Counted from the first letter of the stretch, positions 1 to 10,271 are shown. The stretch: DNA of 64,000 nt from an uncultured Spirochaetota bacterium (GCA_963827275.1 CAWHAA010000005.1:448001-512000); one strand, 5' to 3'. Notes: generated by a model from the sequence alone, not told the origin. Made by a program: numbers and translations.

Positions 1-300
1 CGCTCCGGCGGCATCGCCGTCATCACCGCCGACCACGGGAACCTGGACGAGATGTTCGAGGTGAGCAAAAAGACCGGCGAGATCGAGCGCGACAAGAAGA
101 CCGGCCTGCCCAGGAACAAGACGTCTCACACGCTCAATCCGGTGCCCTTTATCGTTTACGACCCGAATTTCAAAAACGAGTACCGGCTCTCGACCGTCAC
201 GGACAGGCCGGGCCTGGCAAATGTGGCCTCGACGCTGTTATTGTTAATGGGCTACACGCCCCCCGTCGACTATCTGCCGCCGATTATAGAACTCGCGTAA
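1..300 (+). CDS. gpmI: 2,3-bisphosphoglycerate-independent phosphoglycerate mutase, 3' part (runs off window start)
   Basis: Frame open from base 1: ITADHGNLDEM...KTSHTLNPVPF...GLANVASTLL, the metal-binding C-terminal motifs of iPGM. Confidence 0.9.
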   Translation, partial: RSGGIAVITADHGNLDEMFEVSKKTGEIERDKKTGLPRNKTSHTLNPVPFIVYDPNFKNEYRLSTVTDRPGLANVASTLLLLMGYTPPVDYLPPIIELA

Positions 301-400
301 TAGTGCCGCTGACAGCAGCGGGATTATGACCCGGGGCTGGACAGGCGGATTGAAATTTACTATTCCATGGACAGGCAGTACGTCAATCAGGTCCCGAAAC

Positions 401-1177
401 ATGTATAAATATAAACTCATCATAGAATATGACGGCTCCGGCTTACACGGGTGGCAGGCGCAGAAGAACGCGAAAACCGTCCAGGGGACGCTCGCTGCCG
501 CGGCGGAACGGCTCCTGGGCGCGCCCGCGGACATACAGGGAGCGGGCAGGACCGACGCCGGCGTGCACGCGCTGGGACAGGCGGCCCATCTGGAAACCTC
601 GCAACAGATCGATCCCGGGGCCCTGCGCAACGGGCTCAATGACATCCTGCCGGAGAGCATAAACATTCTCTCGATAGAGAACGCGGCCCCGCGCTTCCAC
701 GCCCGCCACCACGCGCTGGCCAGAAGCTATCTGTATCTTATTTCAAGAAGGCGCACCGCCTTCGGCAGGAAATACGCCTGGCGGGTACAAGACGCGCTCG
801 ACTGCGACAGGATGCGGGAAACACTCGCCATTTTCAGAGGGTTTCACGATTTCGCTTCCTTCGCCGACAAGCGAATGGAAAAAGGAAATTCAACAACGGT
901 CAGTGTCGAGGAAGTGTTGCTCGGGGAATTTGGCGACATCATCGCCATACGGGTCGTCGGCTCCCATTTTCTCTGGAAAATGGTGCGGCGCATAACGGGA
1001 GTGACCGTGGAGGCCGGCCGGGGCGCCATCTCATCACGCGATGTCGGGCAGATGCTTCTTTCTTTTTCCGAAGAGCCGAAAAAATACACCGCCCCTCCCC
1101 ACGGTCTTTATCTCGAGAAGGTATTGTACGAAGGCGACACGCTGCCGGAAATCAAGCCGCCGATTTCCCTCTCGTAG
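401..1177 (+). CDS. truA: tRNA pseudouridine(38-40) synthase
   Basis: YKLIIEYDGSGLHGWQ, catalytic GRTDAGVHA, GFHDFASF, FLWKMVR, TAPPHGLYL; ATG at 401 preferred to 326. Confidence 0.93.
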   Translation: MYKYKLIIEYDGSGLHGWQAQKNAKTVQGTLAAAAERLLGAPADIQGAGRTDAGVHALGQAAHLETSQQIDPGALRNGLNDILPESINILSIENAAPRFHARHHALARSYLYLISRRRTAFGRKYAWRVQDALDCDRMRETLAIFRGFHDFASFADKRMEKGNSTTVSVEEVLLGEFGDIIAIRVVGSHFLWKMVRRITGVTVEAGRGAISSRDVGQMLLSFSEEPKKYTAPPHGLYLEKVLYEGDTLPEIKPPISLS

Positions 1178-1207
1178 CGGATACAGTTCACTCCAGGGGA
1201 CAGGCCC

Positions 1208-2287
1208 ATGTACAAACAGCTGGTAATCTATTATCTTACCGGGACGGGGAACGCGCTCAAAGCCGCGCGATGGCTCGAAGAGCTGGCCAGGGCGCGCGGG
1301 ATGGCGGCCGAGCTGGTCCCGATAGACCGCTTCAGGCGCCCCATCGCCCCGCCGCCGCCCGGGAACATTCTGGTCGGCTTCCTGTATCCCACCCACGGGT
1401 TCTGCCTCCCCTGGTATATGCTGAAATTCATGCTGGCCTTCCCGCGCGGGCGCGCCCGCCTGTTCTGCCTGAACACGTTCGCCGGCACCACGCTCGGCAG
1501 GGTCCCCCTCCCCGGCCTCTCCGGGATCGCGCTCATCCTCCCGGCGATCGTGCTCGCGCTGAAGGGATACCGGGTCCGCGGCCTCGTATCGCTCAACCTC
1601 CCGTCCAACTGGATATCCCTCCACCCGGGATTGACGGAACACGCGGTCTCGGTCCTCGTGGAGCACTGCAGGAAAAAAACGGAACGGTACGCGGCGGCGC
1701 TCTTCTCAGGCAGGAGGGCATACCACGGGCTCATTGCCCTTCCCTTCGACCTCGCGGTGTCACCCATAGCGATCGGCTATCTTTTCATAGGGCATTTCTG
1801 GCTGGCGAAAATGTACATGGCGAACTCGGACTGCGACGGCTGCGCGATCTGCTCGAACAACTGTCCCATGAACGCCCTCCTCATGAAAAACGGGCGTCCC
1901 TACTGGACGTTCCATTGCGAGAGCTGCATGCGCTGCATGAACATCTGTCCCAAAAGGGCGATCCAGGTCTCGTATGTATTCGCCGCGGTGAGCGCGTATC
2001 TATTGTACGGGCTCCTGCTCCCCGGCATTGTCATGCTGGCGCTCCGCTACAATGAAACCGCCGCATCCATTATCTCGTCGGAATCAACGGTAATCGGTGT
2101 TATCAGGGCATGGGTCATCCTGGGCATCATGTTCCTCTGCTACCGGCTTGTCGTGCGTCTCACGCGCTTCAGGCCTGTCGATCTTATTTTTGCCAGGGTC
2201 ACCCCCACGAGCCTCCGTTTCTGGCGCAGGTACCTGGCGCCGGGGATCGGGGTGAAGGACTTCAGGCAGTTGAATAAGCAAAAGTGA
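1208..2287 (+). CDS. EFR1-type flavodoxin-ferredoxin fusion with hydrophobic C-terminal segments
   Basis: N-terminal YYLTGTGNA flavodoxin loop; CDGCAICSNNCP and CESCMRCMNICP 4Fe-4S motifs; hydrophobic helices at the end. Confidence 0.8.
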   Translation: MYKQLVIYYLTGTGNALKAARWLEELARARGMAAELVPIDRFRRPIAPPPPGNILVGFLYPTHGFCLPWYMLKFMLAFPRGRARLFCLNTFAGTTLGRVPLPGLSGIALILPAIVLALKGYRVRGLVSLNLPSNWISLHPGLTEHAVSVLVEHCRKKTERYAAALFSGRRAYHGLIALPFDLAVSPIAIGYLFIGHFWLAKMYMANSDCDGCAICSNNCPMNALLMKNGRPYWTFHCESCMRCMNICPKRAIQVSYVFAAVSAYLLYGLLLPGIVMLALRYNETAASIISSESTVIGVIRAWVILGIMFLCYRLVVRLTRFRPVDLIFARVTPTSLRFWRRYLAPGIGVKDFRQLNKQK

Positions 2288-2447
2288 AATGATATACGGC
2301 AATACCGCGTCCGAAAGGTGAAAAAACGCACAATGCGCAGAAGTTTACATGTTGGTAACAATTGAACAGCGTATCTTTTCTTAAAATACTTTACATATAT
2401 ATTGGGAGGACCAATCACTATTCGCAAATATTTGATATATTGACTGT

Positions 2448-3902
2448 ATGAAACATATATACATCCCCGCCGGCGGCAACGGCAAACCAAAAGACGAATG
2501 CGGAATATTCGGCATCTACGGCACCCCGAAGGCGGCGAACCTCGCCTACCTGGGCCTGTACGCGCTCCAGCACCGCGGGCCAGGAATCAGCCGGCATCGC
2601 CTCGTCCGACGGCCACCACATCTACCGCTACGCCGGCATGGGCAAGGTCGTGGACATCTTCAAGGAAGAGCACATCGACAACCTGCAGGGCCACATGGCA
2701 ATCGGCCACAACCGGTACTCCACCACCGGGTCGTCGTTCCTCAGGAACGCCCAGCCGTTCCGCTCCGAATCGATCCTGGGGCCCATCGTGCTGGCGCACA
2801 ACGGCAACCTGACCAACGCCGGCTCGCCCTCCGCTACGAACTCGAGAAAAAGGGACACATCTTCCAGACCACCATCGATTCCGAGGTGATCGTCCACCTG
2901 ATGGCCAAATCGGGGATCGAGGACTTCCTGGACGCGCTGGTATTCGCGCTCAAGCAGGTGAAGGGGCGCCTACTCGCTTCTGGTCATGAACCGGGAAAAG
3001 ATCTACGCGGTGCGCGATCCCTACGGCTTCCGGCCGCTGGTGATCGGGAAGGTCGGCGACACGCACCGTCGTCGCCTCGGAGACCTGCGCCTTCGACATC
3101 ATCGACGCGAAGTACGTCCGCGAGGTCGAGGCCGGCGAGCTGGTGGAGATTTCCGCGGCGGGCATCAAGTCATACCGCCCGTTCGAGAAGAAGGAGCAGT
3201 CGCTCTGCGTGTTCGAGTACATCTACTTTTCCCGGCCGGACAGCATCATCTTCAACAGGTCGGTGTACGACATGCGGATCAGGCTGGGCCGGCATGCTCG
3301 CGCGGCAGGCGCCGGTCGAGGCCGACATCGTGGTCCCCATACCGGACTCGTCGGTGTGCGCCGCCATCGGCTATTCCCGGGAGTCCGGCATCCCCTACGA
3401 GCTCGGGCTCATCCGCAGCCACTACATCGGCCGCACCTTCATCGAGCCGTCGCAGAAGATACGCGACTTCGGGGCAAAGATCAAGTACAACGTGGTGCGC
3501 GCCTCGGTGGCGGGAAAGCGGATCGTCGTGGTGGACGACTCCATCATGCGCGGCACCACCATGCGCAAGATCATCAAGATGTTCCGCACCGCCGGCGCCA
3601 CGGAGATCCACGTGCGCATATCGGCGCCCCCCACGAAATTCCCCTGCTTCTACGGCATCGACATCCCCACCCGCAAGGAGCTCATCGCCTCAACGCACTC
3701 GATCGAGGAGATACGCAAATACCTCCGCGTGGATTCGATCGAGTACATGAGCGTGGAAACAATGCTCCAGGCCCTGGACGAGCCGGACATGCATTTCTGC
3801 ACCGCCTGCTTCGACGGCACGTACCCCTGCGAGCTTGACGAGACGTGCGAGGACAACCAGAAATACCTGTTCGAAGATTCAGGAAATAATGAATATTATT
3901 AA
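2448..3902 (+). CDS. purF: Amidophosphoribosyltransferase, split over three frames by about 5 single-base frameshifts (probably sequence errors)
   Basis: Propeptide then CGIFG, ALQHRG(QE), GHNRYSTTG, AHNGNLTN, RDPYGFRPL, CVFEYIYFSRPDS, VVVDDSIMRGTT, PCFYGID, CTACF; frame switches near 2578, 2825, 2965, 3066, 3292. Confidence 0.92.
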   Translation: MKHIYIPAGGNGKPKDECGIFGIYGTPKAANLAYLGLYALQHRGPGISRHRLVRRPPHLPLRRHGQGRGHLQGRAHRQPAGPHGNRPQPVLHHRVVVPQERPAVPLRIDPGAHRAGAQRQPDQRRLALRYELEKKGHIFQTTIDSEVIVHLMAKSGIEDFLDALVFALKQVKGRLLASGHEPGKDLRGARSLRLPAAGDREGRRHAPSSPRRPAPSTSSTRSTSARSRPASWWRFPRRASSHTARSRRRSSRSACSSTSTFPGRTASSSTGRCTTCGSGWAGMLARQAPVEADIVVPIPDSSVCAAIGYSRESGIPYELGLIRSHYIGRTFIEPSQKIRDFGAKIKYNVVRASVAGKRIVVVDDSIMRGTTMRKIIKMFRTAGATEIHVRISAPPTKFPCFYGIDIPTRKELIASTHSIEEIRKYLRVDSIEYMSVETMLQALDEPDMHFCTACFDGTYPCELDETCEDNQKYLFEDSGNNEYY

Positions 3903-3956
3903 GCCGGACCGATCTCCGGCAGGCTGAAAAATAACAGAGCAAAAAACGATTTTTTC

Positions 3957-3985
3957 TTGATAATAGATATAACTTCTGTTATATT
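3957..3985 (+). promoter_or_regulatory. Sigma70-type promoter for the small membrane protein gene
   Basis: TTGATA (3957-3962), 17 bp spacer, TGn-TATATT (3980-3985). Confidence 0.55.
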
Positions 3986-4121
3986 ATACAGAGGCCCGCT
4001 CCTGCATGCGGTCATCGCATGAAAGAGCGGGCCATTTCGGACAACAGGTCTTCCATCCCGTGTGCGTATGCCGTCCATGAAGCTCTTTGCCGGACGGCAA
4101 AATAAAAATCTGGAGGTTTGT

Positions 4122-4292
4122 ATGCAAACAAACGCGCCGAAATTCGTTACGTGGGTCGTGGGGGTAGTTATCGGTTGTCTGGGCATCCTGGGAACGCTGG
4201 TTGTGATACCCTTCATATCAACGTATCCATTCTGGATCCTGGCAGTCGGGTTCGCGATTCTCGCCCTTGGAAGCGTGATCAAGGGCATGTAA
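4122..4292 (+). CDS. Small (56 aa) two-helix membrane protein
   Basis: GGAGG RBS at 4112-4116, ATG at 4122, two hydrophobic segments, followed by a terminator. Confidence 0.75.
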   Translation: MQTNAPKFVTWVVGVVIGCLGILGTLVVIPFISTYPFWILAVGFAILALGSVIKGM

Positions 4293-4300
4293 GGCCGCAT

Positions 4301-4342
4301 AAAAAAAGCGGTCTGGCCTCTCCGGGCCAGATCGCTTTTTTA
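4301..4342. terminator. Bidirectional intrinsic terminator between convergent genes
   Basis: A7-GCGGTCTGGCC-loop-GGCCAGATCGC-T6. Confidence 0.8.
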
Positions 4343-4370
4343 TTCTCTGCTATAAAATTTTCCGCCTCTT

Positions 4371-6827
4371 TCAATTGCCCCCGCGCACCGGCCAGACATA
4401 CCGCTCTGAACCTGTTGTGCCGGTTTTTTCCCATGTTCCTGTCTCGGTGCCATACGGGACGTTCATTAAATACGCTCTTGAAGCACTGGTCATGGCAGTG
4501 GTTGATGACCAGTGACACTGTGTCACATAATTTGCAAATCCCGTGCTGAACTGCTGCCCGAATGTCTTTTCGTACTGCTGAAGGCTCGACAATTCAAGGA
4601 TATTGGGCAGACGCCAGTCGTTATATCCCGCATAGTTATCCGTATTGAGCTGGTCAACAAAAGCAAGGGCATTCTCCCAGTATACCCCGCCGTTTCCGGC
4701 CGTTTGATCCGCATCAAAAGTGGGATAACTGGTCAGCATCAGGTTCAGGTCGGTCGTCCACATGAGTCCGGTAAGGTTATCGGTCGTGGTGCCGTCGCCG
4801 TTAATGGTGAACCTCGGGTCAGGTCTGGCGATCCCCGCCTGGTATTCTCCATCCTGTCCCGTACCCGGGCAGGCGACCACGGCGCCGGCGGTATCATAAC
4901 ACGTTGCCTGGCCTGTCTTCGGGAGTATCGTCGTGGTGCCTGCGACTGCCCACACATTGAATATAGTAGACTTGGGCGTAGCGTACTTTTCCCCTGAGGA
5001 AAAATCGACAGGCCATGCCTGTGCATGATTGGAGGCATTATCGTATGCCGTGTATGTGGTGGATGACCAGTAATACGTGCCGACATTGGCGAACCCGTTA
5101 GAGGTGAGCCATGCAGCCGTACTCGTGGCCCCGTAATTCATCAGGCTCTTCAGCTCAATAATGTTCGGGATCCGCCAGTCCGTCTGTCCGGCGTAGGTTT
5201 CAGCCCTGAGCTGGGCCGCAAAATCAAGGGCGGATTGCCAGTCTGTCCGTCCATCAACCGTGCCGTCGGTATCAAGATATGAATAGGTTGGGCTGTTCAT
5301 TAATTTCGCGTCAGTGGTCCAGATGAGGCCGGTAAGGTTGTCCGTGATAGTGCCGTTGAAATTATCGGTGAACCTCATGGTCGGCCATGTGGCTCCGTAC
5401 TGGTATTCGCCGTCCTGGCCGGTGCCCGAGCAGGCAACGGCGGCGCCGGCCGCGTCGTAGCAGTTGGTCTGCCCGGTCCGGGGCACCTGCACCGGATACG
5501 CGGGCAGCTGGTAATTGATTGTCAGGGTCGATGCGGGGCTGACCACGCTTATGTTTCCGGCGGCGTCCTTGAGCCACAGGTAGAGAACATGCGCGCCCGG
5601 GATCGCCTTCAGAAGGCAGGTTGCCGGCGCGGCAGCGAGCCATCCGGGATCCGCCGCGGCAGGCGAAGTCGGCGATTCGGTTATCATGTAGCCGGTGACC
5701 GCCGTGTTGTCCCAGACGGTCATGGTTACCGGGATCTGCTGGCTGGTGGTCGGGTCCACAGAGCTGGTGGAAAACGACACGACCGTCGGCGCCACAGTGT
5801 CGAGGTAAACGACCGAAAAATGCGTGCCGGTGGCCGCCGCGCTCACGTTGCCGGCGGCGTCTTTCACCCAGAGGTACACCTCGTAGGTGCCGCAGCCGCC
5901 CGACAGGCTGTATGCTGTCGGCTCTGAAGCCAGCCATCCCGCGTCTCCCGCTCCGGGCTGCACGCCCGTCTCGTTGATCATCCAGCCCGTGATACCCACA
6001 TCGTCGGACGCGCTGATGCTCACGCTTATGCCGTCCGTACCCGTTGCCGTCGGTCCGGTGAAGGAAGCGACCACCGGCGCCGTCATGTCATTGTACACGA
6101 TCTGGAAATGCGAGGGCGTCATCATAGCGCTCACGTTGCCGGCGGCGTCCATCGCCCAGGCGTAGAGTTCATACGTGCCGTATCCCCCCGTCAGCGTGTA
6201 GGCCGACGGCTGGGCAGTCTGCCACCCGAGGTCGGTCGGCAGGGGGGACGTTGCCGTCTCGGTGATCATCCACCCCGTGACCCCGATATTGTCCGATGTC
6301 GTCATGTCAACCGATATCACCGGATCGACCGTCGGGTTCGTGGTCGGCGACATGTATGAAAAATATGATACCACGGGCGGCTCGCCGTCGCCCGGGCCGG
6401 AGTAATCGACCGTGAAATGCGAATCCGCGCTCAGGGCGCTGACGTTGCCGGCGGCGTCCCTCGCCCAGACATAGAGCTCATGCGTGCCGAATCCGGAAGT
6501 GATGGTATAGGTTGCCGGCTGGGTCGCCAGCCATCCCGAATCGGTAGGCAGCGGCGCCGCGGCGATTTCGTTGATCATCCACCCGGTGATCCCGACATCA
6601 TCGGTTGCCGTCAGGTCTATATTTATTAATGCATCCGTTGTCGGATTAATGGGTGTCGAAAAAAGCGTGATGACCGGCGCCTGGGTATCAGCCGGGGCAG
6701 CCGGACCGCTGTCGATGCCAAAAAATGACATCATGGATTCATTGGAAGAATTATCCTCGAGGTCGTTTCGTTCGCAGGACAGCAGAAAAAATGCTGCAAA
6801 AAAAACCACAAAAAAATATCTCTTCAT
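4371..6827 (-). CDS. Surface lipoprotein: four Ig-like repeats plus two DUF1566 (Lcl C-terminal) domains
   Basis: Lipobox MKRYFFVVFFAAFFLLSC; four ~100-aa repeats D.xAPV...D.VG.TGWMI.E...GW...LY.W..DAAGN.S; two copies of P(R/K)TGQ..CY...GQDG...RFT.N..GT.TDNLTGL.W...DWR.PNI.EL.SL...WSSTT. Confidence 0.85.
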   Translation of the reverse strand: MKRYFFVVFFAAFFLLSCERNDLEDNSSNESMMSFFGIDSGPAAPADTQAPVITLFSTPINPTTDALINIDLTATDDVGITGWMINEIAAAPLPTDSGWLATQPATYTITSGFGTHELYVWARDAAGNVSALSADSHFTVDYSGPGDGEPPVVSYFSYMSPTTNPTVDPVISVDMTTSDNIGVTGWMITETATSPLPTDLGWQTAQPSAYTLTGGYGTYELYAWAMDAAGNVSAMMTPSHFQIVYNDMTAPVVASFTGPTATGTDGISVSISASDDVGITGWMINETGVQPGAGDAGWLASEPTAYSLSGGCGTYEVYLWVKDAAGNVSAAATGTHFSVVYLDTVAPTVVSFSTSSVDPTTSQQIPVTMTVWDNTAVTGYMITESPTSPAAADPGWLAAAPATCLLKAIPGAHVLYLWLKDAAGNISVVSPASTLTINYQLPAYPVQVPRTGQTNCYDAAGAAVACSGTGQDGEYQYGATWPTMRFTDNFNGTITDNLTGLIWTTDAKLMNSPTYSYLDTDGTVDGRTDWQSALDFAAQLRAETYAGQTDWRIPNIIELKSLMNYGATSTAAWLTSNGFANVGTYYWSSTTYTAYDNASNHAQAWPVDFSSGEKYATPKSTIFNVWAVAGTTTILPKTGQATCYDTAGAVVACPGTGQDGEYQAGIARPDPRFTINGDGTTTDNLTGLMWTTDLNLMLTSYPTFDADQTAGNGGVYWENALAFVDQLNTDNYAGYNDWRLPNILELSSLQQYEKTFGQQFSTGFANYVTQCHWSSTTAMTSASRAYLMNVPYGTETGTWEKTGTTGSERYVWPVRGGN

Positions 6828-7134
6828 TTTTATTACTCCATGCCCATAACTGTATACAATATACGATAGATGAGTCATAACGTCAAATTCAATATAATAA
6901 TTTAATTTAAGATATTAATTAAAATATAAGTTTTATATTTATTTGATTACTTTTTAAATCGAAAACAACGACATATTGTGATTAAAATTTGATCCTTATA
7001 TGAATTAGTCGGAACAACGACCAACCACAATAAGCAAAATGAGAGAATTCACAAAAACAGTTCCAACGGACCATAGTATGCCGTATCCCGTAAATTCCGG
7101 TAAACAAGAATTCCTCATTGACACACGCCGCCAG

Positions 7135-7162
7135 ATTAGTTAATGATCGTTCATTAACTAAT
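7135..7162. promoter_or_regulatory. Perfect 12-bp inverted repeat, TetR-like operator, downstream of a TTGACA box
   Basis: ATTAGTTAATGA-TCGT-TCATTAACTAAT; TTGACA at 7118-7123. Confidence 0.65.
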
Positions 7163-7360
7163 ATCATCCCGCCCACTGGTGAAGCTTGCCGACTGGTTCT
7201 GTACCGAGATCGGCAACACCTTCATCATCAAAAAATACCAGCTCGATTTTCTTTTAGCGAACTACCGGGACACGACCCCGGTGCTGTTCAACATGTACGA
7301 CGGCCTGCTGTACAAGAACGGCAGGGGCGCTCTGTTCATCTGCAATTACGCCCTCTTCTC
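7161..7360 (+). pseudogene. Orphan coding-like fragment without RBS or clear start
   Basis: Host-like GC3-rich codons encoding VKLADWFCTEIGNTFIIKKYQLDFLLANYRDTTPVLFNMYDGLLYKNGRG; in-frame TAA at 7155; runs into the convergent M20 gene. Confidence 0.35.
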
Positions 7361-7378
7361 CCCTGCCCGTCCCGCCGG

Positions 7379-8847
7379 TCACATGCCGTCCGCGTTCCGG
7401 ACAAGCTGTATATTGAAGCGTATGATGTCAGCGTAGTTTTCGACCGCGATGCGCTCGTTGGTGCCGTGCACGCGGTCAAGGTCTTCCTGCGCGTAGCGCA
7501 GCGGGCAGAACCTGAATATGCTGTCGCTGATCGGTATGTAGAAGCGCGAATCCGTGGCCGCCACAAACAGGAACGGGCGTGACGATGACGCCGGGGAACA
7601 CCTCCCTGATCGTTTTGCTGCAGCATGCCGTACGCCGGCAGCCCCGTGTCGGTCACCGGGGACGGGTCCCGCCCGTCGGGCAGGGGGGCAATCGTCACCC
7701 GCGCATCATCCACCGTCACCCGCGCCCGGTCTGCCACGCCGCGCATGGTATCGCCCGGAAAGATGCGGAAGTTCACCACCGCGGTCGCCCGCTGCGGGAG
7801 CACGTTGTCCCGCGTGCTCCCCCGGAGCATGGTCGGGGCGATGGTAGTGCGGAGCGCGGCGGACATCGACGGGGACGCGCCCAGCTGCGTGCTGACAACG
7901 GCCCCCAGCAGCCAGAGGTTCGAGAGGGCCAGCCGGTTCCCGAGCCCCATGTGCGGGCCGACCGTCTCGAGCATCTGGCGGGTCACGCCCCGGACCCGCA
8001 GCGGGTACTGGCGATTCTCAAGACGGCTCACCGCGGCGCAGAGTATGCCGACAGCGGTCTCCTCGGGCGGCATGGACGAATGGCCCCCGGCGCCCGCGAC
8101 AGAAAGCTCCAGGGAGAGGTAGCCCTTCTCGGCCGTGCCCACCAGCGCGACCGGCTCCTTCACGCCGGCGACCATGCCGCTGGAGATGAAGCCGCCCTCG
8201 TCCACGACCATCCCGAACCGGACGCCGCGCGATGCGAGCATTGCCGCGATTTTCCCGTTCCCATCGACACCGCGGACCTCCTCCGTGTGCCCCACCGCGA
8301 GGCAGACAGTGCGCCGCGGCCGGAAGCCCCGGGCGAGCAGGTACTCAAACGCCTCGAGCGTGCCCATCAGGCTTGACTTGATGTCCTGCGTGCCCCTGCC
8401 CCAGACATACCCGCCCGCGAGGGCGCCGGAAAAGGGCGGATGCGTCCAGTCCCTGACCGTGCCGGGCTCAACAGGCACCACGTCGCTGTGCGCCATCAAT
8501 AAAACGGGCTTCAACGTCGGGTCGCTCCCCTTCCAGGTGTAGAGGAGGCTGTAGCCGTTAACGGTCTCGCGTTTCAGGCGGGCCCGCACCAGGGGAAAGG
8601 CGCGGTCGAGGTAGGCGTTGAACTCCGCAAACGGCCTCCTGTCGAAGCGCCCCGGGTCCATGCTCGATACTGTCTGATAGCGGACCGCTTCCGCCAGCCG
8701 CTCCAGCGCCCCGCGCATGTTGATGTCCGCTTTCGCAGCGGGAGTTACCGCAAGCTGTTTCGAGGTGAAACGCGCCGTTCGGACGAGCACGATCCCCGCG
8801 AGCAAAATAACGATGGCGGCAATACCGATACTGATTTTTTTCATCAT
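7379..8847 (-). CDS. M20 family peptidase/amidohydrolase (CPS1/PM20D1-like, N-terminal membrane anchor), frameshifted near the 3' end
   Basis: AHSDVVP, WGRGTQDIK, GHTEE, VDEGG, GGHSSMPP; C-terminus ATDSRFY...RVHGTNERI lies in the 7379..7564 frame. Confidence 0.88.
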
Positions 8848-9097
8848 GGCTCCCCCCTGTCAATGAAGGCTACGTGTGGCATCTGCCATGAATGTATACA
8901 GGGTCCCGGGGCATGTCAATTGTATTAATTCCATGCTCCACACGCATGACCATCACGCCTGCTGCGATCGACCGTTGCTTGTTTTCCTGTCTGGAAACCA
9001 TCAGGAAGGGGGCTTTCCCGGCAAAAAGAGTTTTTATATGCTGAAATAAAAATACTTGACGAATATCCCGCATGCATCTTTCATACAAATACCTTAT

Positions 9098-9170
9098 AGG
9101 TGACTAGCTCAATTGGTAGAGCAGCGGTCTCCAAAACCGCAGGTTGGGGGTTCGATTCCCTCGTCACCTG
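9098..9170 (+). tRNA. trnW: tRNA-Trp (CCA anticodon); 3' CCA not encoded
   Basis: Acceptor AGGTGAC/GTCACCT, D arm GCTC-AATTGGTA-GAGC, anticodon arm GCGGT-CTCCAAA-ACCGC, T loop GTTCGATTC. Confidence 0.97.
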
Positions 9171-9183
9171 CATGCTAGTACGC

Positions 9184-9216
9184 AAAAAGGCGGGGTTGAA
9201 CGACCCCGCCTTTTTT
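9184..9216. terminator. Bidirectional terminator after tRNA-Trp (left end of islet 1)
   Basis: AAAAAGGCGGGGT-TGAACG-ACCCCGCCTTTTTT. Confidence 0.85.
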
Positions 9217-9249
9217 ATTTGTATACTGAAGCATTAAAATATGGCATAT

Positions 9250-9666
9250 TTATTTTTTCTTGAATGGATTAACAACTCTCAGTTTCTTGTCAATAACCTG
9301 TCCGTCACTCATATCCTCTGAATAGAGAAGTGTGCATTTGTTTTCCAATGCACTGCTGATAATCATGCTGTCATAATATGAAAATCCATATTGATCGACG
9401 ATATTCAATGCTGATTGTATTGTCTTAGGAGTAATATTCTTTACAACGCAAATCCTGGAAAGGAATTCTACGGCAATCTTTATATCACTGACCTTAAGAT
9501 TCAGTTTTCTATATAAGACATTCGATATCTCATTGAGGACCTGAGTGGAAATAACGGGATTCTTCTTCAGCAATTCATTTGCGATTACTTTCTTATAATC
9601 CTCAGCACCAAAGGAATAAATAATCACATTGGAATCGAGAAATATCTTATCTCTGGTTGGCTTCAT
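9250..9666 (-). CDS. PIN-domain (VapC-like) toxin
   Basis: IFLDSNVIIY, ISTQVLNE, FSYYDSMII, LLYSEDM: the acidic PIN residues. Confidence 0.9.
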   Translation of the reverse strand: MKPTRDKIFLDSNVIIYSFGAEDYKKVIANELLKKNPVISTQVLNEISNVLYRKLNLKVSDIKIAVEFLSRICVVKNITPKTIQSALNIVDQYGFSYYDSMIISSALENKCTLLYSEDMSDGQVIDKKLRVVNPFKKK

Positions 9667-9880
9667 CTCTGTTGAATGTGAATCCGCTTAAATCAAACCG
9701 AAAATTATTGAAAAAGGCGTCGATTTCATTTTCTCTAATATTCTTCCTTGCTTTGGCTTTTGCCGCTATTTCTTTATAATGCAAGGTTACTTCAACAGGA
9801 TTGGTTATCTTCTGCTGATATTTCTTAGGAATGACTATAATGCCATTCCTTGTTTTTGTTGAAAATTTTATTGATTTCAT
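9647..9880 (-). CDS. Putative antitoxin (AbrB-like N-terminus)
   Basis: 77 aa, NGIIVIPK, C-terminal FTFNRDEANQR; overlaps the PIN gene start. Confidence 0.75.
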   Translation of the reverse strand: MKSIKFSTKTRNGIIVIPKKYQQKITNPVEVTLHYKEIAAKAKARKNIRENEIDAFFNNFRFDLSGFTFNRDEANQR

Positions 9881-10271
9881 ATTCCCGAATAATTCAAAGT
9901 TCAATTCAATTTATATGTCTATATTTACATTTTTATTGAAAATTGTACAACAAATTTTTCCAATATATTGATATATTATTATGATTTTATCAGCCTTATG
10001 ATTGGTTTATGAATGAAAAATCAATTATTCCTGCCCTTTTCCACCTCCCAGATCATGAAATCGAGTATAATCTCATCAATAACCGGGTTCGAAAATCGTC
10101 CCTGATTGCCTGCAGAACGGGACTTACACTTTTCAGGCAGATGGTTGACCTGGGCCATGACTTTTGGATCGAGCAGGAAGGAAAAGGGCTTGATCCAGTC
10201 GATTCTTACACCGAATATACCATCACAATAAATATCCGAAGTTATTATTTTAAGCCTTACAATTAGGGAAA

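Noticed and set aside
2570..3300. Programmed frameshifting or phase variation in purF
   Set aside because: Five shifts, no slippery heptamers or long homopolymers, and the same pattern in unrelated genes; sequence error is simpler
6960..7120. AAC-rich stretch as a DGR template repeat for the DUF1566 gene
   Set aside because: No visible alignment to either putative variable region, and no RT or Avd gene nearby
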